The notes under the pieces: model-generated
The model's input: the letters and a program-made list of their open reading frames with translations, nothing else
Told to the model about the DNA's origin: nothing
Databases searched by the model: none
Shown here: positions 10,041 to 18,631 of the stretch, piece after piece
Numbering within the stretch: the first letter of the stretch is position 1
Layout: every line of letters starts with the position of its first letter
Position numbers and translations under genes: made by a program
Assembly: GCA_964348135.1 (NCBI GenBank)
Contig: CAYGBL010000002.1
Span: 41,048-105,047, forward strand
DNA length: 64,000 nt
DNA from: an uncultured Actinomycetota bacterium
Lineage (GTDB): Bacteria > Actinomycetota > Aquicultoria > JACQXZ01 > CAYGBL01
Direction of reading: 5' to 3'

Positions 10041-10257
10041 TTCAAACCCTAAATTCAAAGCACTAAATCCTAAATGGTTCGACAAATCTCACCATCCTGA
10101 GCCTGTCGAAGGACAATGTCAAACGACCAAAATAAAAATGTCCAAAACAAATCAGTTCTGAATTTTGAAATTTGAATTTAGAATTTGTTTATGATTTGGA
10201 GCTTAGGATTTAGAATTTAATCCTACAGAATATTTCCTACGTTCAGATAACATTAGC

Positions 10258-10467
10258 CTACTTCATTTCAGGTGCTTTCTCTCCAATGCGGTGCCTATGT
10301 AGAAAGGCAACAAGATCACTCTCAAGTACCCTATACTCTTTTCCAAGATAAATAGCAGGCAGACGCCCAGCCTTAATGTACCGATAGATGGTCATCTTGT
10401 TTACTTTAAGCAGTTCTGCAATTTCCTTAATAGTATAAATCTTTTCCATTAAAACTGTTAGCCCCAA
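10258..10467 (-). CDS. Excisionase-family helix-turn-helix DNA-binding protein
   Basis: YTIKEIAELLKVNKMTIYRYIKAGRLPAIYLGKEYRV matches the MerR-like, excisionase-type HTH. Confidence 0.7.
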   Translation of the reverse strand: MGLTVLMEKIYTIKEIAELLKVNKMTIYRYIKAGRLPAIYLGKEYRVLESDLVAFLHRHRIGEKAPEMK

Positions 10468-10510
10468 ATCCGTTTAATGCTGAGAATTCTTTATCCATAC
10501 GTATTTATTG

Positions 10511-11314
10511 TTAATTCCTACAGCCTCTCTTGAACAACTGGAGCAACCTCTCCTTAAAGCGAGGTATTGCAGGCAATCGCTTTTTACTTAATCCAGTAAT
10601 GTAAGGAAAAACTCTATTGTTAGGTGCCAATTGAAGGACACCTCTCTTGAGCATGTATATGATTACGAAAGTAAGTAAGCCAGTAAACAGATATGAATCA
10701 AGGGTGGGAATCTTATAAGGAAATGGTGAATCCACTCGGGAGTTGTATGTACTGGTACCAAAGGTCACATAAATTGTGCACTCTGTACCGGACGCATCAT
10801 TATATCCGGTTATCTTCACGTATAACCTTGCTCCCACCGGAAGAGTGCGTGCACTTGCATCAGTATAATTTACTGTTAAAATAGTGGGATTATTTAAAGC
10901 AATGCTTGTCTGTTTTGGAGTTGTGAAATAGTCGCCGTTTGTAGTATCCCCAACTGTTATATCTATCCCTGGTGAAGGATTCTTCGCCGGTTTGGTATAG
11001 TGCACATAAAGATTGAAGGTCCACGCTGAACCTGCACTGTAACTGTTGCCCGAAGCCTCAGCTGTATCCCCATACCAGGTATCAATAACCGCTGATGTTC
11101 CACCTGATAAAGCCCCACTATTTCTACTGGATTGTACCTCCGAAAGTGTATAAGAAAGTTCATCATCATAAGGAGCAGATTTTCCAGAATCATAATCCAG
11201 ATAGGTAAGCTGACTGGAGAGCGCGGTATTAGGCAGGCTCAGAAAAAGAACAATGAGTAAAATAATAGCATATATCTCACTGATAATATTGCGGTTGTTA
11301 TTTTTGAAGTACAT
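10511..11314 (-). CDS. Secreted/membrane-anchored hypothetical protein; candidate exosortase-G cargo
   Basis: An N-terminal signal-like TM is followed by a Ser/Thr/Gly/Tyr-rich beta-type ectodomain. The C-terminus reads PYKIPTLDSY followed by a TM (LFTGLLTFVIIYML), KRG and a basic tail. The gene is divergent from xrtG. Confidence 0.5.
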   Translation of the reverse strand: MYFKNNNRNIISEIYAIILLIVLFLSLPNTALSSQLTYLDYDSGKSAPYDDELSYTLSEVQSSRNSGALSGGTSAVIDTWYGDTAEASGNSYSAGSAWTFNLYVHYTKPAKNPSPGIDITVGDTTNGDYFTTPKQTSIALNNPTILTVNYTDASARTLPVGARLYVKITGYNDASGTECTIYVTFGTSTYNSRVDSPFPYKIPTLDSYLFTGLLTFVIIYMLKRGVLQLAPNNRVFPYITGLSKKRLPAIPRFKERLLQLFKRGCRN

Positions 11315-11764
11315 CGTTTTCAGGTTTACTTTTATTTACTATTATATCGATTATATTATATTATTTATTATTATACAATAATGATATAATATAGTATATT
11401 TTAATATACATCAAAACTACCGGAAAACCTCCATAAATTTGAAATAAATTTTAATTTTTAGGATTGGCCATCATAAAATAAGTCTTTGTCAGCAAAAGGC
11501 AAGTGTAGGCACCTAATATATGCATTTTTAAATTTCCGGACTGATTAAAGGTAGGCTTTACTTAGCGATTTCCAACTATATATTGTGCTATTTTATATGT
11601 TTAGCACAACATTTTGATATAAATTGCAGGTCTGATCATATTGCTAGCGAAATATCTCTTGACAAATAGATGATGCAACACCCGCACTAATTGAAGTAGC
11701 TCCTAGACATAGAACTTTAAATGTCACCAGTTTTCGCCCATAGGCAAAAACTATCCAAAATAAC

Positions 11765-12352
11765 ATGAAGCTTTATCTGTTTATAGCTATAACTATTCTT
11801 TACTTTGTCGTTGTCTTTTACTTCCGAAAGCATAAGGCCTGGCTTTCCTATTATCTCCTGGGTTCCTTTGGTTTCACTTTGATAGCTGTCTTAGCTATAA
11901 GACAGTTCGGGCTGGAAACCTATTGGGAGAAGATGCATCTTATACAGACCCATTTTGTTTCTACCCTCTTAGGCATTAAGGCACAAGTCTCCGGTTTTGA
12001 CACCATTGTTGTACCTGACCCGATCGGCTTGGTCTCCCTTAAAATAGGTATTGAATGCTCCGGTATTCTTGAGAGTGTCATTCTGATCGGTCTTATCCTT
12101 TTCTACCCTACGTATAAATCTGGAAGAAAGGTCTCACTAATAATTTTTGGTCTTATTATTACACTGGTAACCAATATAGTTCGTATACTGATTATTATTT
12201 TTATGACTCATTTCTTAGGACGGAGTGCTGTATTTTTCGCACATGCTATAGTTGGCCGCCTATTCTTCTTTGCCTGCGTCATTGCACTCTTCTGGTACAT
12301 CATCACACGGCCAACTATAGAGGAGGTTGGCAGGAAGTTGAGTATAACTTAG
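11765..12352 (+). CDS. xrtG: Exosortase family protein, XrtG-type (Gram-positive exosortase)
   Basis: 195-aa polytopic protein. The conserved Cys is in IGIECSGILES, the Arg is in TNIVRIL, and HAIVGR is also present. It sits immediately upstream of a multi-TM GT2, the typical XrtG context. Confidence 0.75.
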   Translation: MKLYLFIAITILYFVVVFYFRKHKAWLSYYLLGSFGFTLIAVLAIRQFGLETYWEKMHLIQTHFVSTLLGIKAQVSGFDTIVVPDPIGLVSLKIGIECSGILESVILIGLILFYPTYKSGRKVSLIIFGLIITLVTNIVRILIIIFMTHFLGRSAVFFAHAIVGRLFFFACVIALFWYIITRPTIEEVGRKLSIT

Positions 12353-12384
12353 AGTAATTTTTCTCTATCTATTCAAAAGAGTCT

Positions 12385-14247
12385 ATGTATAATTTATGGC
12401 TTTTCCTATTAATCTGGGGAGTATGGATATTGATGCCAATCATTATTGATGGCATAGATACTCTTCTCAGACTTTTTGTAGTCCTAATTTGGGGTAGAAA
12501 CTTTGAAGAACACAAAGTGGATGATGAGAAGCTTCCCCATATTACTATCCTCATTCCAGCCTACAATGAAGAGAAGATCATCAGTCGGTGCATAAACTCA
12601 ATAAAGGTGCAGGATTACCCCCAGGAAAAAATGGAAGTCATCGTCATCGATGATGGTAGTCTTGACGCAACCTCACTGGAAGTTGCTGCGCACATAAGTG
12701 CAAATGGCAAGAATGGCAATAATATCGTAAATGGATATAAGAACCGCCAAACTAAAACTGAATTCAATGGTGCACATAAAAATGGAGAAAACCATACTAA
12801 CGGTAAAGATCGACCACCCGAAATGAGGATAAACGGCAACCGTATTCCACTTCCAGAAGAATTCAATGGCTCTATTAAACTACTTTCTTCTGACCATGCC
12901 GGGAAACCTAATGCTCTTAATGCCGGTCTTGAACATATGAATCACAGTGAACTAGTAATAACTATAGATAGTGACGTAGTGCTGGCTCCTCATGCTATCC
13001 GGAACGCTGCTTGTGCTTTTCTGAAAAATCCTGAAATGGGAGCTGCGACCGGCAATATTGAAATAAGCTGGGACATCCTTGAAGAACGTGATTCTAAGGG
13101 TAATCTCGTTCTTGACAAGGAAGGCTCTATTGTAACTAAAAAACTTAATTTCTCCCAGAATCTTCTTGCCAGATGTCAGTTTCTTGAGTATCTTGATGCC
13201 TTTCGGCTAGGGAGACAATTTCAGAGCATTATTCACTCTACCTATATCCTTGCCGGTGCTTTCTCTATCTTCCGCAGGGATGTATTAGCAAAATCACCTC
13301 TTTACCGAAGCCATACTGTATCAGAGGATTTCGATTTGACCGTTGATATCCATAAGAAACAGGTCCATGTGGGATACATTGCAGACGCTAAAGCCTACTT
13401 AGAGCCTATCATAGAATGGGATACTCTTTATGCTCAGAGAGTTAGATGGTGCCGTGGTCAACTTGAAGTCTGCGGCCTACACCGGGAAATCATTGGAAAT
13501 AAATCTTTCGGACCAATTGGATGGTTTGGTTTTCCTCAAATGCTAATCCTTGACCATACCCTTTCCTTTCCACGTCTTATTTGGACTTTCCTTATCCTCT
13601 TCTTCCCTCTCTTTGGCTATTCTCCTAAAATCATTGCCACAGCCGTATTTTTTATGTATCTATTCTATGTGGGTCTTGCTTTCTTACAGACTGTGAGTGC
13701 TTACTTTATCGTAGATGAAGATACTAAGAAACAGATAGAAAAGACCCTTGCTTTTTGTTTGGTTCTCCCTATTTACCGCCTGATGACTTTCTACTTTCGT
13801 ATGTCAGGTTATCTCTTAACCCTAAAAGAACCGCCAAGATGGAAAGTAGAAAGTCCATTAGATGCTTTAAGAAAAAGAGTAGACAATATAAGGAACGGAA
13901 ATGGAGTAATAGCTAATGGCAGGGGAAATACGACCACTTTTTTTAAGCGTCTATCGCGGATTAGAGAAAGACTATATGGGAACATACTTACATTGAGAGA
14001 TAGAAGGTGCTTCGTAAAAACGGAAAGAAATAGTAAACCAAGACTATCGCCATCCCTTGGTACTGGTTTAGATAGACTCTTTAAAAAGTGCCGCGCACTC
14101 CAGGAAGACGGAAAATACAAAAAAGCTACTTTTCTTCTTAAAAATGCTTTAAAAGCTACAGAAAACTCAAAAGACCTGCTCCTTCTCTACATTGAGCTAG
14201 GAAGGTTATCATATATAGCTAAATGGGATAAGTCTAGCTCACCATAA
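12385..14247 (+). CDS. Family 2 glycosyltransferase, exosortase-G-associated type (N- and C-terminal TM helices, Asn/Gly-rich insertion, basic C-terminal tail)
   Basis: The GT2 signatures are ILIPAYNEE, VIVIDDGS, DSD and QRVRWCRGQ (a QxxRW-like motif). TM clusters flank the catalytic domain. Confidence 0.8.
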   Translation: MYNLWLFLLIWGVWILMPIIIDGIDTLLRLFVVLIWGRNFEEHKVDDEKLPHITILIPAYNEEKIISRCINSIKVQDYPQEKMEVIVIDDGSLDATSLEVAAHISANGKNGNNIVNGYKNRQTKTEFNGAHKNGENHTNGKDRPPEMRINGNRIPLPEEFNGSIKLLSSDHAGKPNALNAGLEHMNHSELVITIDSDVVLAPHAIRNAACAFLKNPEMGAATGNIEISWDILEERDSKGNLVLDKEGSIVTKKLNFSQNLLARCQFLEYLDAFRLGRQFQSIIHSTYILAGAFSIFRRDVLAKSPLYRSHTVSEDFDLTVDIHKKQVHVGYIADAKAYLEPIIEWDTLYAQRVRWCRGQLEVCGLHREIIGNKSFGPIGWFGFPQMLILDHTLSFPRLIWTFLILFFPLFGYSPKIIATAVFFMYLFYVGLAFLQTVSAYFIVDEDTKKQIEKTLAFCLVLPIYRLMTFYFRMSGYLLTLKEPPRWKVESPLDALRKRVDNIRNGNGVIANGRGNTTTFFKRLSRIRERLYGNILTLRDRRCFVKTERNSKPRLSPSLGTGLDRLFKKCRALQEDGKYKKATFLLKNALKATENSKDLLLLYIELGRLSYIAKWDKSSSP

Positions 14248-14461
14248 ATAATTTTTTCTTCTATTGAAGCTGAAAGAAGGCAAATTTTAACGATCAAACT
14301 TGATATCTCTCATGTGCAATACCAACAAACTGCTAAAATGGATAAAATTTTTGTTGCTCATGCAAAAAAGTGAAGGAAAATTTAAAAGGTGGTTGAATGT
14401 TATTATTATTAGTTTTATTATGAGCTATTAAACCTTAAGTATATGAGGAAGGAGCAATAGA

Positions 14462-15259
14462 ATGAAAAAGAGCAAAGAACTCTCCGGCTTACCTATCATA
14501 GCCCTCCATGAAGGCAAAGAGATAGGTAAAATAAGAGAACTAATAATTGATCCACAAAAAAGACAAGTTGTTGGATTCCTCATCGAAGACAGCGAGTGGT
14601 TTAGAAATCCCAAAACTTTACTTTATTCTTCTATCAAAGCATTGGGAGATGACGCAGTGATAGTAGAAACTGGAAATGCTGTTTCCAGCCTTTCTCAAAC
14701 AAATGAGCTTGAATCCCTCCTGGACCAAAAAGTAAATATTATCGATACTAGATGTATAAGTTCTGAGGGTCGTTATATGGGACGAATAACAGAGTTCCTG
14801 GTTGATACAAAAACCGGAAGAATATCAACCTTTGAGATAACCAGCCCCTCCAGCAGTCAGAAGCCGATTATGATGCCAGTAGAAGGAATATTGACTGTGG
14901 CCTCTGATTTTATAATCACTGAAGAACCAGAAAAAGCCAGCCGGCTTCACGCACAGACCATTAAGCCGTTAGATACTACTTTGAGCCGTCGCGAAATATC
15001 AGCTACACCTCCTGCTGCATCACAGGAAATGCGTAAGAAAGGTTCTGAGCCTAAACCCGATACTGAAAGTAGTGTAAGAAAAATTTTAGAAGAGCGCCAG
15101 GACGCCTATCTCGTGGGAAAAGAGGTACGTAAAGATGTAGCAGCTGACGATGGCACATTAATTATTAAGGCTGGTGATATCATAAACCCAGAAATCATTG
15201 AGAAAGCGAAACAAGCTGATAAATATCTCGCTCTTTCCTTTAGCATCAGGAGAACTTAG
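14462..15259 (+). CDS. PRC-barrel domain protein (two PRC-barrel repeats)
   Basis: SGLPIIALHEGKEIGKIRELIIDPQKRQVVGFLIE is repeated later as GRYMGRITEFLVDTKTGRISTFEI. The gene has a strong SD site (GAGGAAGGAG) and a sigma-A-like promoter (TTGAAT-17-TATTAT) upstream. Confidence 0.7.
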   Translation: MKKSKELSGLPIIALHEGKEIGKIRELIIDPQKRQVVGFLIEDSEWFRNPKTLLYSSIKALGDDAVIVETGNAVSSLSQTNELESLLDQKVNIIDTRCISSEGRYMGRITEFLVDTKTGRISTFEITSPSSSQKPIMMPVEGILTVASDFIITEEPEKASRLHAQTIKPLDTTLSRREISATPPAASQEMRKKGSEPKPDTESSVRKILEERQDAYLVGKEVRKDVAADDGTLIIKAGDIINPEIIEKAKQADKYLALSFSIRRT

Positions 15260-15656
15260 AATTCAACCCTAAATTTACTGCTTTATAATCACAACTTGCT
15301 GCGAACCTGATGAGCCTTTTGCCAAAAATAGGAGAGACTGTATTTCAATTAATACTGCAACCACGAACGTAAACCATCAAGGTCAGACAAAGGCTTTAAC
15401 CCTAAGCCGAGTTGAATCCGCGTATCCTGTATTCCTATTTATTCTTAGTTCACTTACAATCTATTTACGTTGGAGACAGCAAGTTATTTCCGGTCCTGGT
15501 TGGGATCCTTTTGCTTTTCTAGCTAATGCCCTTAAATTTGCTGGAAAAGGTATTGGTTACAGTGAACTTCACCGGCCACCTATAATTTCTCTTTTAACTT
15601 CGCTTATATTTCGCACCGGATTTATCTCCGAATCCGCTCTTTTTCTGGTAGATGGA

Positions 15657-17615
15657 ATGCTCCTCCTTCTGGGAATAATGGGCTTTTACTATCTGCTAAA
15701 GCTCCGGTTTCCCAGCTGGTTAAGTTTAATAGGTGCTCTTCTTTTTCTTTCTTTCCCAATTGTTTTAAATATGGCAACCACTGGTTATACTGATCTTCCC
15801 AGTACGGCAATATCTATATGGGTTGTATATTTTCTAGTTCTTGCTCTAGAAAAAGATAGACGCTTTCATTGGTTTGCCTGGCCATTACTCATTCTTGCTG
15901 CGCTCACCCGTTTTACCGGGTTTCTTCTTCTAATTCCTATCCTCCCTCTTATGATAGGTAGAGCAAGCATAGTGAGAAATCTTAAAGATATCGCTCTCGG
16001 TTCCATTTTCTCCTTGATTATTCTCGTGCCTCTTATGATATTTTATGGCAGAGAGTTTACTGATCCCATATTTCCCTTTGCGCATGCCTTCTTTGCAGTT
16101 AGTGAGCCTGCACCTTATCTCGAAAGTTTCGCCCTCAAGCCTGATCTCTTCTGGTTCTTTAGGAACCTGAAAGACTTTACCCTACAACCGCCATTGACTG
16201 TGCTCTTTCCATTGCTTGCCTTTCTTGTAGGGCTGGGATTATCCCTATACATTTTTAATCTTATAAAAACCACAAAAATAGATATTTTACGTTATTCTTT
16301 CATAATTGCTGCTTTACTTTTCTACATCTTTGTATTTTTTAAATTCGGTTTTATTATCCGACAAACGGTACTAGTAATAATAGGCATACTTTTATATCTT
16401 CACTTCCAAAAGGCAAATACTAGAGAGATAGGTCTGGATATCATATTTCTTTTATGGTTTTTGACTTATTTTGACTTTCACAGCCACGATCCAATCAAAG
16501 TTGAACGCTACTTTGTAGTTATGGCACCGGGAGTTGTCTATGCCATTCTATTGAGCCTCAACAGCCTACTCAATTTCATTAGGATAAAGGTATTCAAAAT
16601 TTCTTTCTCCATACTTATGTCTCTGGTTCTATTACTGGCTATCTCATTTTCTTTGACAAGTGTATTTAATAGTAAAGGGGGGAAGGACATACTGGTTGAT
16701 GATGCTATTAAAACCAGTAAATGGCTCAAGAAAAATGATAGACAGCTATCCAAAGCCAAGATTTATTCTGATCTCTGGCCCATTTTCAGCTGGTATTTGA
16801 AGCAGAGGGTTGACCCTATGCCTTCCTTTAAAGACAAACGTGCATTCAATCACGAGTTGGAAAAATACGATATAGATTACTATCTCACGATTAGGGATCG
16901 GCAGTTACCCTCCTATGAAACTAAAGCTCAAATCGGTACTGTCACAGTATTAAAAAAGAATGCCAGCAAGGTTAGTAGAAAGACCCGTATTCTTTACCTG
17001 GGTATGAACTGGGAACATTACTTGGAGGAAATACTGGACTTTAAATACTTCATGTTCTATGAGCCAGGCAAATATTATCTAGGAAAATCACTATATATAG
17101 ATGGATATACTCTAGAAGAATTAAGAAAATATCCTCTTATTATTCTCTATAACTTCAGATGGCATAATCGAAAAAAAGCAGAATTCTTGCTTAAAAGTTA
17201 TGTTAAGTCAGGAGGCAGTATAATTATCGAAGCTTCTGGAAACAACGGGAGTATGCCTTATAACCTTGAAGGGGATACTTTCCTAGGTGTATCCGTCTTC
17301 CGCGAAGCTCTTCCTGCTAAACCTGTTATAAAATTTAACCCCAAGCTATCTGTCTCAGAACTGAATTTTTCACCCTTCTTATCCAACAGTCAACCCTGGT
17401 ATGGAATGACATACGAAAATCTGGATAAAGAGACGCCCTTTACTGTACTGGCAACTGCTGACGAACATACCCTAATAGCTGAGCAAAGAATAGACCGGGG
17501 AAGAATAATCTGGATAGGATTTAATTTGGTATGGCATTCTTTTAACAAGAAAAACAAAGAAGAACAAGAGCTGCTTCAGAGACTATTAACTTATGCACTC
17601 CAAAGAGATTATTAA
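15657..17615 (+). CDS. GT-C family membrane glycosyltransferase-like protein (ArnT/PMT-like), N-terminus probably extends upstream of first ATG
   Basis: Many TM helices are followed by a roughly 300-aa C-terminal soluble domain. The reading frame is open and TM-rich from 15273 onward, with no ATG, GTG or TTG. Confidence 0.6.
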   Translation: MLLLLGIMGFYYLLKLRFPSWLSLIGALLFLSFPIVLNMATTGYTDLPSTAISIWVVYFLVLALEKDRRFHWFAWPLLILAALTRFTGFLLLIPILPLMIGRASIVRNLKDIALGSIFSLIILVPLMIFYGREFTDPIFPFAHAFFAVSEPAPYLESFALKPDLFWFFRNLKDFTLQPPLTVLFPLLAFLVGLGLSLYIFNLIKTTKIDILRYSFIIAALLFYIFVFFKFGFIIRQTVLVIIGILLYLHFQKANTREIGLDIIFLLWFLTYFDFHSHDPIKVERYFVVMAPGVVYAILLSLNSLLNFIRIKVFKISFSILMSLVLLLAISFSLTSVFNSKGGKDILVDDAIKTSKWLKKNDRQLSKAKIYSDLWPIFSWYLKQRVDPMPSFKDKRAFNHELEKYDIDYYLTIRDRQLPSYETKAQIGTVTVLKKNASKVSRKTRILYLGMNWEHYLEEILDFKYFMFYEPGKYYLGKSLYIDGYTLEELRKYPLIILYNFRWHNRKKAEFLLKSYVKSGGSIIIEASGNNGSMPYNLEGDTFLGVSVFREALPAKPVIKFNPKLSVSELNFSPFLSNSQPWYGMTYENLDKETPFTVLATADEHTLIAEQRIDRGRIIWIGFNLVWHSFNKKNKEEQELLQRLLTYALQRDY

Positions 17616-18625
17616 TGTCCAGCTTTCAAACCTCGCTGCTCGTTTATTGGAGTCAATGAAAAGATTAGCCTTGAAGACATGCACATTCTTACTATCTCCC
17701 AATATGCGCTCCCTTGCTCTTTTAAGGAACACCTCATTGTATTACTGAAAGGGCTCAATGTTCTCCATATGATAAGCTTGGCTGCAAGCCCCACAATAGT
17801 AACTAACCTTAGGAGTTGAAATGTCCAAAAGCCGTAGTGCTTCCTGAAGAATCTCAGCATACTTCTTCTGCATTCTACTACACTCCACTTAACGTCACCA
17901 TTATCCATTTGACATACGCTTCGCGCGGCATAATGAAAAATCTCAGCTTTCGATAAATAATGAATACGCCATCCAGCTAGTTTTATGCGATAACACCAAT
18001 CGAGGTCCTGAGAGTAGAGGGGAAATCCCTCATCAAGTAGACCAACTTCCTCTACCGCTTCTCTTCTCACCATCATACAGGCAGCATCTAGAAGATCAAC
18101 ATCTTGGGAATCATCATGATTCCACCAGCTCATCAAATATTTTCCGAAAACCCTATTTTTGGGAAAAAGTGTATCAAGAGAAGTACCCTTTACTATTTCA
18201 CTAAAGAGTGTGGGGAAGGTGCGTGCACAGGTAAGCTGAATGCTGCCACCAGGATTCACAATTTTGCCACCGACTGCGCCCACTTCGCTCTGGTCATTTA
18301 GGTATTCTAGCATTAGATCCAGGGCACTAGGCATAACTATAACATCAGATCCGAGAAGCATAATATATTTTCCTGTACTTTCACTCAGCGCTTGATTCAA
18401 TGCAGCAGAGAGATATCGGTTTTCATTGTTTACGATCAGTCTCACTTGAGGAAAGTATTCCTGAACCATAGCTTCACTACCATCACAGGAGGCATTGTCT
18501 ACCACAACAACTTCAACTCTTGCTTTGGTGTTTCGGTAGATACTTCGTAATACGTTCCCTAGATAGTCTCTGGTATTCCAACTCACTAAGCAGATTGATA
18601 CATCCGTCATCTTCAGTAACGTCAT
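17612..18625 (-). CDS. Family 2 glycosyltransferase
   Basis: The motifs are VSICLVSWNT and VVVVDNASCDGS. Confidence 0.8.
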   Translation of the reverse strand: MTLLKMTDVSICLVSWNTRDYLGNVLRSIYRNTKARVEVVVVDNASCDGSEAMVQEYFPQVRLIVNNENRYLSAALNQALSESTGKYIMLLGSDVIVMPSALDLMLEYLNDQSEVGAVGGKIVNPGGSIQLTCARTFPTLFSEIVKGTSLDTLFPKNRVFGKYLMSWWNHDDSQDVDLLDAACMMVRREAVEEVGLLDEGFPLYSQDLDWCYRIKLAGWRIHYLSKAEIFHYAARSVCQMDNGDVKWSVVECRRSMLRFFRKHYGFWTFQLLRLVTIVGLAAKLIIWRTLSPFSNTMRCSLKEQGSAYWEIVRMCMSSRLIFSLTPINEQRGLKAGH

Positions 18626-18631
18626 CTATTC

